From NCBI GenBank assembly GCA_950097015.1, contig CATNEN010000001.1, positions 27,342,001-27,406,000 on the forward strand: DNA of 64,000 nt, in the 5' to 3' direction. The notes below the pieces were generated by a model. It did not search any database and was not told the DNA's origin. It saw nothing but the letters and a program-made list of their open reading frames with translations. The translations under genes were made by a program, and so were the position numbers. Of this stretch, positions 11,311-21,989 are shown piece after piece (within the stretch, counting starts at the first letter, position 1; every line of letters starts with the position of its first letter). This stretch comes from Macrostomum hystrix. Its lineage: Eukaryota; Animalia; Platyhelminthes.

Positions 11311-12072
11311 TGCGATGAAGGCTGCAACGGTCCAGGGCGTGATCCGTGTGTGAACTGAGAAGTTTCGTTTAGAACAAATCAGTGCTTCATTGCAATGAGA
11401 CTAAATTTGAGTTAATAAATGTGTACCAAGATCCCTATGATAATTCTAAGATGAAATTTTGGAACACGTTTTTTGTCTTCAATTAGTCGGTTAGTTAGCG
11501 CATGCAGTGGCACACCATCAAGGCAAGCCGTTGTGGCCATATTTGGTCCCCTGAGTTTGACGTGGCCTTTTATTGAAGCCAGTCAGGAAAATACCTTCAG
11601 CACTTGTGTTTAATGTTTATAGTGTTGATAATTTTTTTCTATAACCTTAAAAGTAGGCAAATGGACTCGCACTTCAAAATCAAATACTACTACTTACAGT
11701 AGTATTTGTCCTACTGTCACCAAATGATGTGCCATTTCTCACAGAACTCTTGCGAAATAAAAATGGCCTTCATTTCACTGCCATCAATTTGCTGAAACCA
11801 GTCTTATTACACTTGTAAAAGTTATACTTTTTCACAGCTAACAATCAAGCGGCTTAGCTTTACGCATGCATATCTTTCTGGATTGTGTAGAAATGTATGA
11901 ATTAAAGGGCTAAATTGAGAGTGCACGTTGATGCGAATTCGCCTAAGCAGGTGGCAATCAATGGTAAGTTAATGGCGAAGCCACTCGTGACAATTTCGTA
12001 TTGTCTATCTCGGCAACCGCATACACAACAACATTGACAAACGCACCCGACAAGATTTCCTCCGTTGCACAA

Positions 12073-12104
12073 ACCGTCATTGAGCAACGTTGCTCAATGA
12101 CGGT
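12073..12104. promoter_or_regulatory. Perfect 32-bp palindrome abutting a TATAAAA box upstream of Crypton copy 3
   Basis: accgtcattgagcaacgttgctcaatgacggt is its own reverse complement; TATAAAA at 12104-12110; ATTGG at ~12133. A regulatory role is inferred. Confidence 0.55.
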
Positions 12105-12159
12105 ATAAAAATAGCTCTACTTGTTCGTGAGGATTGGCTGGGCAGAGGAGAAGGATGGA

Positions 12160-13801
12160 CCATAGACAAAAAAACATTGGCTAAAGCTGACGGAAGGATG
12201 GAAGGAAGGAAGGAAGGCAAGAGTAGATAAATTGGGCTAATCTACCGGTTGACGCCTTAAACGGTGTCACCACACCAGAGTTGCGACTCTTGACGCATCT
12301 AAGTTCGGCCGATCATAGGGACGACGACGACCTTTCTCGTTTCATAGCCTACCTGGAAGATCCCGGGCAGAATGACGACGACATTCTGGGCGTCATCCTA
12401 CCGGAGGTGGGACCCGACGGTGTTCCGAAAGTTGGAGCGGAGAAGGAGATGGACGAAGCGGAGGTGCAATCGTTGCCAAAGACAACCAGAGAGCAAATGA
12501 CACAGCATGGTCAGCAGTTTGTTGACTTCATGGCCAGTGTCGGGCATGCGACCGAACGGCTCAGGAGCATGGAATCATCTGAGATTAACGAATACCTTCA
12601 ACTATTCTACTTTCGTTTGCGCAAGGCTAATGGCGAACTGTATTCTCCGGCAACCTTGGTGTGTATCCGCGCGGGTATTCAGCGGTACTTCCGACATATC
12701 CTTCAACGGAACCTCGATCTGGTGGGCGCGCCTGAGTTTGCTAAGTCCAACAGGATGCTGCGGGTGAAAGTGCGCGATTGGAACAACGCTGGTGGCGCGG
12801 TGAAGCACTTTGAGCCTATCGAGGAGGCGGACCTGGCGAAACTCCATAAGTATTTCGATCGCACCACCGGGGAGAAGCTGCAAGATGAAGTACTCTTTAC
12901 ACTTCTGTACATCCTTGGTGAACGCGGCCAAGAACATCTGAAGGCACTGCGGAGACGGCAGCTACTCATCGCCAAGGAGGATGCCGATGGTAACGCCTAC
13001 ATGGAGCTTCCGCCGTTGTCCACCAAGAACCAGAGTGCCGATCCTGTCAGGGCGAAGGGATACGTACCGAAGCAGGCGCGGATTTATGGCAAACAGCTGG
13101 AGCTGCTACAGCTATACGGCGCAACCCTGCCAGCTGAGACGAAGGATGACACCTTCTTTCCCCGGCCAATGCCCAACAAGGACGGTCAGGTCGTGTATTC
13201 GGCGAAGCAGACGCGCGGGATCAACTGGCTGGGCTCCCTGATGCAGCGCCTCAGTCGGGTCTGCACATTGTCTAAGCGGTACACCAATCATTGCATCCGC
13301 GTGACGCGGATCGCAGATCTGCGGGACGCCGGATTCACCATCAATGACATCATGAGCATCACGGGCCAGCAGAGTGAGGCGACCGTGCGACGGTACCTGT
13401 CACGCAAGCGAGATCGCACGATGAGGGATCTGGCAACGTCTGTGAGCGACGCACTGGTCCGGCATGTGGAGGGCGAATCGGAGCCCGCCCCACGGGTGGT
13501 GTCAAGTGCGACTAGCAACGTGAGCAACAGAGCCGTCAGCGTTACGGGCCGCAACTACGCTGCGGTATTTGGTGACTGCAGTTTCACCAACTGCACTTTC
13601 ACGATCGGACCGCCCCAGGAGCCCCACTGAGCATCTGCATCTGTATTTTGACAATGGACAGAGGGAGTGCAGCACATGCTGCTGTCAGTTGCGTTACTGT
13701 TTCACTTGCGCTAATTGTTTCAAATCGTTTCAATTCGTTTTTGCCTAAAATAAAGTCAAAAAGGCCAATCCGTTTGGCGTGGCCTGGCGTGGCCATAGAC
13801 A
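12160..13801 (+). mobile_element. Crypton element unit bounded by 9-bp direct repeats CCATAGACA
   Basis: CCATAGACA at 12160-12168 and 13793-13801 bracket the YR ORF and its AATAAA (~13749). Short terminal direct repeats are typical of Cryptons. Confidence 0.6.
12227..13630 (+). CDS. Crypton-type tyrosine recombinase, copy 3 (uninterrupted frame, start uncertain)
   Basis: Open from INWANLPVDALNGV (12227) to the stop; R (ERGQEH), K (TKNQ), HCIR and Y (VRRYL) present. No in-frame ATG at the homologous start; TAG at 12224 may be a splice acceptor. Confidence 0.85.
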   Translation: MNWANLPVDALNGVTTPELRLLTHLSSADHRDDDDLSRFIAYLEDPGQNDDDILGVILPEVGPDGVPKVGAEKEMDEAEVQSLPKTTREQMTQHGQQFVDFMASVGHATERLRSMESSEINEYLQLFYFRLRKANGELYSPATLVCIRAGIQRYFRHILQRNLDLVGAPEFAKSNRMLRVKVRDWNNAGGAVKHFEPIEEADLAKLHKYFDRTTGEKLQDEVLFTLLYILGERGQEHLKALRRRQLLIAKEDADGNAYMELPPLSTKNQSADPVRAKGYVPKQARIYGKQLELLQLYGATLPAETKDDTFFPRPMPNKDGQVVYSAKQTRGINWLGSLMQRLSRVCTLSKRYTNHCIRVTRIADLRDAGFTINDIMSITGQQSEATVRRYLSRKRDRTMRDLATSVSDALVRHVEGESEPAPRVVSSATSNVSNRAVSVTGRNYAAVFGDCSFTNCTFTIGPPQEPH

Positions 13802-14289
13802 TCCGTCTACCGTTGAACAATCATGATTATTGGGTCTGAGTGGGGAAGTTGGTCAATGGATTCATCGACAAAATTTTCCGTACAACTTTTGAGGAGGAAA
13901 TTTAGCGCACTAAATTCGCTTTAAAGCTACTAAAAGTAGTTTTGTCAGAAATTCGTCAAATCTAGATTTTTATCAAAAAAGTACGAGCATCGCAAATATG
14001 GAAGAGACAGATATAGATACAGAAGATATAAAAGATCAGTTAAGTTAAAAATTTTTGGCTCAAAACTTCAGACGATTCATTCATCCAAATGTTTGCGCAC
14101 CGGATGTTAGCCTTAGTGCAAGCCGGAAGCGACTCCCAAAATCCCAAACCTGCAGTTGCGCTTTTTCTCCACACTGTATGCTTCTAGCTACTGTATGCTA
14201 CTGTACGCTAGTGACTACCTGATAACTGAAGCGGACAAAAGCATTGTGCGTAAGCAGACTTGCTCAAGTTTTTAGTTGTTTGCCCGCAA

Positions 14290-14661
14290 ACTAAGTAACT
14301 AAGTAACTAACTAACTAACTAACCAACTAACTAACTCACTCACTCACTAACTAACTAACTAACTAACCAAATAACTAACCAACTAACTAACTAACTAACT
14401 AACTAAATAAATAAATAACTAACTAACTAACAAACTAACTAACTCACTCACTCACTAACTAACTAACTAACTCACTCACTAACTAACTAACCAACTAACT
14501 AAGTAACTAACTAACTAACTAACCAAATAACTAACCAACTAAGTAACTAACTAACTAACTAACCAAATAACTAACCAACTAACTAACTAACAAACTAACT
14601 AACTAAATAAATAAATAACTAACTAACTAACAAGCTAACTAACTAACTAACTCACTCACTC

Positions 14662-14696
<35 letters not shown>

Positions 14697-14697
14697 C
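14290..14697. repeat. (TAAC)n / (TCAC)n compound microsatellite, ~400 bp
   Basis: Directly visible. Confidence 0.97.
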
Positions 14698-14699
14698 TA

Positions 14700-17587
14700 A
14701 AGATATCCATGGCTTCTGCGACGCCTCACAGGTAGCGTATGCCGCCTGCGTCTACCTACGATCTACGTCCGAATCAGGAGATGTTCGAGTATCCCTACTC
14801 GCAGCCAAATCTCGCGTTGCACCAGTTGCGGAAACCAGCGCGGTTGGAGCTGATGGCAGCCAAGGAACTCGCTAAACTGATCCACGAGGTTCGAAGAGAG
14901 TTCCCCGAAGTCCCGGTGACCTGTTGGAGCGACAGTATGGACTCACTGTGGTGGATAAAATCTGTGCACAAAGTCTGGAAAGCTTTTATCGAGAACAGAG
15001 TAGCATTCATCCGAACGACAGTTCCACCGGAGCAATGGAGACACTGTCCCGAAAAGGACAACCCGGCGGACGTTGCAACCCGACCAGTCGACCCGGGAGC
15101 ATTTGATGGTCGATCAGCATGGTTTCGTGGGCCTTCGTGGCTGAAAACCAACTTGGCCCGTCCAGCCAGAGTTCATTAAGAAGTCGAGCAGCGAAAATAC
15201 TGTCTATGCAACGGTGACAAGCAATGCTCTCCTGAGTCAAAGTAGGCACATTGATAACATCATTGTGCTACAGAGGTTCAGCACACTGGAAAAGTTGCTC
15301 CGTGTCACTGCGTGGGTCCTCCGCGCAGTCCAAATGTTGAAATGTCGAACACGATTTCTGGCCAGCTCTCTTACCTCCGAGGAACTACAGGCAGCCGAAC
15401 ACCTCTGGGTTAGCTCTCTGCAGGCAAAGTCCTTTACTGCTGAGATTAAATGCATCACGTATCAAACTGCTAAGACACCGTTACATCAGAATCTGCGCTT
15501 GTTTATAGACCAGGATAACGTCCTACGCTGCACTGGACGTCTAGGAGAGTCCGATCTTTCGCCAGACCATAAGTCACCTATTCTGTGCCCGACAGACGAC
15601 AACTTTCAACGGCTGCTTATCAGACATGCTCACAGGAAAGTAGCCCACGGAGGGGTAACGGCCACATTGGTACAGATTCGCGAGAAGTATTGGATGCTGA
15701 AGGCGCGACAGAATATCAAATCGGTGCTTAGGCGGTGTAACACATGCATTAGGTTGCAAGGTTTGCCATACAAAGTTCGACAGCAGTCTCAGTTACCGTC
15801 TTTTCGAATCGAGTCGCTCAGAGCATTTCAGCACGTTGGCCTCGACTACTGCGGTCCACTACTCTACCGCAGGGGGGAGGGTGACGGCCAGTACAAAGCC
15901 TATATTCTGCTATTCGTGTGTACCAGTACCAGAGCAGTCCACCTTGAAGTGGTGTCAGACTTGACCACTCAGTCATTTCTACAAAGCCTTCGCCGTTTTT
16001 GTGCTCGCCGTGGAATACCCTCCATTATTTCCGACAACTTTAAGACGTTCCACGCTGCAGCGCGTCTGCTTGATACCCGACCAGCACCGCTACAGACTAC
16101 AGATGGTCAAGAGTTCCTGACAACCAAGAGAATCAGCTGGTCATTCATTCCAGAGAGAGCCCCATGGATGGGAGGGTTCTACGAGCGTCGAGTGGGCGTT
16201 GTGAAAGCAGCACTCAAGAAGACCATTGGCAAGGCATTCCTGACTCTGGAAGAATTATCGACAGTGGCGTGTGAGATGGAAGCTGTTGTCAACTCACGCC
16301 CGCTCGGCTTTGTCGCGTCCGAAGCTCATTCAGAAGTGATCACCCGAGCCACTTCCTCGTGCTCAACCGGCTAACTAACGATCCAGAGGCTACTTCTGAG
16401 ACGTTGACAATATTGCCACTGCCAGAGAGATTGAGTCGAGTTCGGCAGACACTCAACAAATTCTGGCGAGAATTCAAGAATGAATACGTCCTAGCTCTGC
16501 GCGAGCGCTCCATTAGAGAAAGTCGAACGTCTACTCGCGAAGTCATGGTCGGTGACGTTGTATTGGTCATGGACTCCGGCGTGCCGAGGCTGCAGTGGAA
16601 GTTAGCCGTTGTGGAAGCGGTTCACCATGGTCGAGACGGTTTGGCGAGATCATGTCTTCTCCGGTTAGCGAATCCACAGCGTCGTTTCTCATCTCATTTT
16701 CGTCGTCCGGTTGCATTGCTGGTTCCTCTTGAAGTCTAAGCGCGCGCTGTCTCGCTCTTTCTCATCTTGTCTATCGCGTTTTTTCTGTTCTCCGTTCATT
16801 TCCCTCTAGTGCTTCTTTTCCGGCGTGCCGCTCTTTGTTTTTATTAGGAAGCTCAAGTTGGCGATCTTATATTCCGTCTATATTTATATTTGTTGTTATT
16901 CTGGTAAAGGCTCTTTAAACCGTGTCTCAATATTGCTTTTCAGTTTTCAGTGTCCTTTTTCTTGAGAGCTAAAAGTTTTCTCTTTTGGTGTTGGTTATGC
17001 AGTATCCTATCCCGTTGCGCCTATTGGCTACGCTATTATCTTGTTTCGTTTGTTCTGTGCACGAGTCCAAAACTTTCGCGGCTTCGACTCCTCCTGCGTA
17101 GGCTACTATTCCATTCACTTACATGTAGTCTTTAAGCTGATAATCTCTACGTATGCTCCCGATGCTATGATTTCTCGAACAGTTACTTCACTCGCTCGTG
17201 TGCATTATCCCTTTCCTTTTTGAGCCAGTGACTCGAGCATCGGTCACTGGCGGGGGAGTGTGGCGGAAAGTGCAAATTTCGATGTCTGTATTCTACATTT
17301 ACTTGTTATTTAATGTCTATTTTCTTCACTAATATTCAGCTTGAATTCTCAGACCATTATCTATTGTACGCTTATGTTTTCTCCGCTGCACCGCTCTAAC
17401 TTACGTGCATGGACTCGTCTCGATCTCTACCCTCCCAATGTGCGTGCGATTTCTCTCTTTATTTAAGCCTCTCAATTCAGTCCTCTGGACCCTTAATAAA
17501 CGTGAGCTGTAGTAAGGCGCAGGTGGAGAGAGTTTCACTCAGCAGTCAAACCACACGACAACACTCTTGTGACTTCATTCAACTACA
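14700..17587 (+). mobile_element. 5'-truncated, frameshifted BEL/Pao LTR retrotransposon
   Basis: IHGFCDASQVAYAACVYL (RNase H), RLELMAA, WSDS, WRHCP..DNPAD.ATR, integrase HRKVAHGG..CNTC, GLDYCGP, RAVHLE, PWMGGFYER, DUF5641-like FWREFKNEYVLALRER; PPT ggcgggggag at 17249-17258. Confidence 0.95.
17259..17587 (+). repeat. 3' LTR of the BEL/Pao element (TG...CA, ~329 bp)
   Basis: Begins TGTGG directly after the PPT, has TATTTAA and AATAAA, and ends ACTACA at the inverted-duplication junction. Confidence 0.75.
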
Positions 17588-17785
17588 GTAGTATTTGATT
17601 TTGAAGTGCGAGTCCATTTGCCTACTTTTTAAGTTATAGAAAAAAATTATCAACACTATAAACAATAAACACAAGTGCTGAAGGTATTTTCCTGACTGGC
17701 TTCAATAAAAGGCCACGTCAAACTCAGGGGACCAAATATGGCCACAACGGCTTGCCTTGATGGTGTGCCACTGCATGCGCTAACC

Positions 17786-18916
17786 CAGCGGTTCTCAACC
17801 TTTTTTTTCAGGCGACCCTAATTTATTCCCTTGCACCTTTTTTGTTTGTTTGCGACCCCTTTTATAAGCATGCGACCACGCGATAGCCAGCGAACTTCGG
17901 TGTGGAGGAGGGAACTGTGCTCAGCCCCCATTTCCTCGCACAGTGCCGTGAACAGTCGATGATTCAGAGGTCGGCTTTTGATGAAATTCACCACGGGAAC
18001 GTCTGTCAAGACGGCGTGGAGGTCAACTGAAAAGTCTTTGGCTGCCAGTGCTTCACGATGGATGAAGCAGTGTCCAGCTAGCGTCAGGCGCGACATCTTG
18101 GATGCGTTTCACAGCACCACTGTTCTGTCCTGTGCACGCTGCCTGTGCACGCTGGTTCAGTGATACCAACTGATGGAATTTGACGCCTTAACTTCTCCAC
18201 AAAGTATACTCGCGTGGCTTAGTCGCAACTTCAGGGTGCTGGGTTTGCAGATGGCGCTTGAGTTTTTGGTTTCATTGACTCCTTTGACAATGTGACTTCG
18301 CAGATAAACACATTGTGATATTTCATTCGCAGTTGTGAAATCTAACTCAAGAAATGCTTCATTATAACTGCGCTTAGGCGAGTTTCAGACGATGCCATTA
18401 ACAACAGATGAGATTGAATATCTGAGCAGATGCCTCTCTAATCCTAACCCTAATCATAAGCAGGATATTGTGCCTCCAATCAGCTAAGCCAAAAGGAACG
18501 GGAATGCGTTTGAATGTGGGGGTGGATTGGTGAGAGGATTTCCTCCTCTGGGTTAGGAGTTGCGATCGTTCGTTTTAAATTCGCTGGGGTAACAAGGTAG
18601 AAGGGAGACAGAAGGAAAGTTTGTTTTGCTTGTCGTGTGGTGTCGTGTGACTCAGCCCATATCTAGCAGAACAGGCTTAGCTTGCGACTGCGTGCATATT
18701 TTGTGTTGTGACTTCAAGTTGAGTGCTAGGCCGCTAGTGCTATAGCCATTGCAATATAGCTAACAGCCTTTGACTTACTTTTAGTTTTACTAAAAATGTT
18801 TTACTCTAATATCTCTAAAGAGTTCTACCCAAAAACTTTTTCCTTTTTCTGCGACCCCCCAGAAAATGGTCACGCGACCCCACTGGGGGTCGCGACCCAC
18901 AGGTTGAGAACCACTG
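17786..18916 (-). mobile_element. Non-autonomous hAT (Charlie/Buster-type) DNA transposon with 8-bp TSD
   Basis: TIRs CAGCGGTTCTCAACCT / AGGTTGAGAACCACTG; TSD CGCTAACC at 17778-17785 and 18917-18924; transposase remnant HCFIHREALAAK...VNFIKSRPLNHRLF...HTEVRWLSRG. Confidence 0.95.
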
Positions 18917-19077
18917 CGCTAACCGACTAATTGAAGACAAAAACTTGTTCCAAAATTTCATCTTAGAATTATCATACGGATCTTGGTACACTTTTATTAA
19001 CTCAAATTTAGTCACATTGCAATGACTTCTCAGTTCACACACGGATCACGGCCTGGACCGTTGCAGCCTTCATCGCA

Positions 19078-20826
19078 TTAGCCGATTAGCTGTGGCACAG
19101 GCAGTTCACAATTCCCATTTACTTCAATCCTGCCCGACTCCGCACAGGTGGCATAGCAGCGGCCGTTCACTTTGAAGTTCCGACACGCCACGCACATGTC
19201 TGGGCCGGGTCCCCAGCATTCGTCCTGGCACTGAGCATCGCAGGTAGCGTTCCGGCAAATCTCGCTGCTGTCATCGAAGCTCAGGTTTTCTATTGTAATT
19301 TGAAATTCTTTAGTGACGTTTTTGATTTCTCGGATTCGATTGCTTGGATACCAGGCTCTGCAAATATCACTAATATCCATAAGCATAAGGTCAGGAGTAT
19401 ATTCCAAGCTAGCTAGTCCGAGGTATCTCGTATTGAGCGACATAATAATTAAGGAATTAGTGGCGCGTTTGATATTACGTAAGGATCTGAGATTTACTGT
19501 TAAGTTTTGAGATCCCAAAATTATTAAATTTCCGTAAAAGTACTCTAAATTCTCAAATGCTCTGCTGATATCTAAGCTACTTAAATTCTTAGCAGACACG
19601 TATAGAGTAGAATCGGCCCTCCAAATCGAACACTGCTCAGTCCTCAATGAGTACGCTAAATTGTCTGTCATTAAATCAGGCACATTGCACGATTTGCAGG
19701 GCTTAGAGCCAATTTTGTCAATACACTTTCTGCAAACTCCTTCGATAAGGACTTCAGCTGACGGACACTCGATTAAACAGCGCCTGCCGTCAGAGCTAAC
19801 AACAAAGGGCAGTGAGCACTTCTCTACGCAGATGTTGCCGATCTGTCGCCAAACAGTCACGCCAGTGCCATTACCACTAGCGGTGCTAGTATTCGACGGA
19901 CAGGATTTTCTACAGACACCATTGAACAATACTCCTCTCCGACAGGCGAAGCACTCGTTGGGCCGGTTTGAGCAACCGCCAAGGCAGTCGTCGTCGCAGC
20001 AGTCTTCTTGGCCAGTGTTCGGGTTATGGAAGCATAGGTTCGTAGTTTTACACTTGCGCTTACGACACAGATGATTACTTTGGCAGCCATCGACACCGTC
20101 GGACCAGCATTTTTGGCCATAAATTGGAGTTTGAGTACAATTAGCGTGACAGGAAATCTGACGACTGCAGGTACGCCTATCAATCACACGCGAGTTCGAG
20201 CTTCTCTGAAGAACTTGGCCTTGTTCAGTAATAACAGAAATCACTTCATCCAAAAAGCGCTGGCCTGGTTCTTGAAGCAGGCTTGTCCAGTTGATGCTGT
20301 AGAACAGGTAGCAGTACAAGCTAGACTGCATTTGCTCACCAAATAGACTAACATTTCTCCCTGTGATAGCAGTCAACTTGGGCAATTCCAGCTTGCTCAT
20401 GTTCGGCGACTTAAATATTAAAAATGTGAACCAATTAAATTTTTCAAAAGCGAAATGGTGCATTCGGATGGTGCGCAAGTTGCGGAAGGTGACGCGCTCA
20501 AGGCTGACGTGCAGGATCCGTATTTTTCCTCTGATCTCCACAATGGAGTCAAGAAAGTCTGTTTGCATGCCTCGAATTTCATCGTCCAGCGGTTCGTACG
20601 TTGATTGGTTAATACCTATATTGCTCAGTATAACGTCGCCGAAAACATACTGGCAGCCAGCTACAAAAGCCGTCAAGTCCGCCTGCAAGCGACTAACATT
20701 TCTGTGGGTCTCATAGCCTTTGCTGGATAAACGTAAGGATTTGCAGATCCGGATGCCAGAAGCAACATCGTCGTGCAACAACGGAAGCAAAAGAAGCAAC
20801 CGAAAAACAAGCTGCAGGAAATTCAT
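19078..20826 (-). CDS. Secreted EGFR-like ectodomain protein, copy 2 (582 aa)
   Basis: Same architecture as 9562-11310; 14 amino-acid differences counted by eye. Confidence 0.9.
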   Translation of the reverse strand: MNFLQLVFRLLLLLPLLHDDVASGIRICKSLRLSSKGYETHRNVSRLQADLTAFVAGCQYVFGDVILSNIGINQSTYEPLDDEIRGMQTDFLDSIVEIRGKIRILHVSLERVTFRNLRTIRMHHFAFEKFNWFTFLIFKSPNMSKLELPKLTAITGRNVSLFGEQMQSSLYCYLFYSINWTSLLQEPGQRFLDEVISVITEQGQVLQRSSNSRVIDRRTCSRQISCHANCTQTPIYGQKCWSDGVDGCQSNHLCRKRKCKTTNLCFHNPNTGQEDCCDDDCLGGCSNRPNECFACRRGVLFNGVCRKSCPSNTSTASGNGTGVTVWRQIGNICVEKCSLPFVVSSDGRRCLIECPSAEVLIEGVCRKCIDKIGSKPCKSCNVPDLMTDNLAYSLRTEQCSIWRADSTLYVSAKNLSSLDISRAFENLEYFYGNLIILGSQNLTVNLRSLRNIKRATNSLIIMSLNTRYLGLASLEYTPDLMLMDISDICRAWYPSNRIREIKNVTKEFQITIENLSFDDSSEICRNATCDAQCQDECWGPGPDMCVACRNFKVNGRCYATCAESGRIEVNGNCELPVPQLIG

Positions 20827-21302
20827 TTTCTTAAATCACCTCTGCAGTGCTTTCTTTCTATGTTGATTCCCAGCTCTGAAGTTCTTCACTTCTTTAAATA
20901 CCAATTGAATTAAATGCGACTCGTCGAAAAGAAAATTCTTTCACAGGCAAATTTTTCAACAAAAAATAACACCACTTTCCACATTTTGCCCGTTTCTCTG
21001 ACTCTACAGAAATACTTGCACAAAACATTTTTCTGTCGCTGGTTTTTTTTTCAAAAAAAGATATATAAAATCAATAAATAATCACGAGTCAAATGACTTT
21101 AGCTTGCTATTTTGGCTCTTAAATTCCAGAAGTTAATTGTGCTCCAACTCGGGCAATTCTCAGTGAAAGAAGCGACGAAAGACTAAGTTAAAGTGAAGCA
21201 TTTTTGTTTTAAAAAATAAGAAAATGCAAGCCTACGGTTCTATTTATAGCATTAGAAGCATTTAAAGACATTGTGGTCTTCCTGAAGGAGTTTGACAATG
21301 TT

Positions 21303-21344
<42 letters not shown>

Positions 21345-21989
21345 CCATGTAGCCGGCTAGGAGGGGAGACAGCCCGCTGCGCAGCTGAGCGAGCTGCCTG
21401 CGAGCGCTTCGCCCAAGCTTTCTCTGCTCAGTACGGATGTCTGGCCAGCGCCCAACCGCTCTGTTTGCCACAGGAAAAAGCAGGAGATATCCGAGATCTG
21501 CTGAGGCTGTCACGTTAGAGGACGCCCACTTCTTTGAGGAAACTCAGCACAGCAAAATGCTCGGAAAACACAGCCGCGGGCTCCATGCGAGGTCCCTGGG
21601 AGTGCCTGGAAGCAGCAGTGGTGAAGAGACAGGGCCGGGTAGTTCATTAACAGGTGAGCGGCCTTCTCCTCATCCTCGAGTAGTATGCAAGAGGGGCTTT
21701 CTGGGACAAACGCCTTCGCAGCCTCCATAATCCACAATATATTAGCTTTCTTATTCCCGAAAAGATCAGGAAAAAGCTTACCGGCCTCTCACAAAATCTG
21801 TCTCCTTTGTTCCAATAAAAATTTCCGCAGCCTATTCCATCACAAAAAATCTGTCTCTATACTCCAGTCTCCCAGCCCTGCAAAAAGTGTTTGAAGACAA
21901 TTAAATTAGCGCCAAATTTCCAATTCCAAAACTCATGATCCCAAACCTAGGGTGCTTATCCTCCGAAAAAATTCTCTATAATTCTCAAA

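Larger units (their letters stand above)
5649..11691 (+). repeat. Left arm of a large inverted segmental duplication
   Basis: Reverse complement of 17587-25017: ORFs 6041-6232/24432-24623 identical, Gypsy fragments, (CA)n and EGFR-like gene mirrored; outer junction taagcttcgctgcg. Confidence 0.93.
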
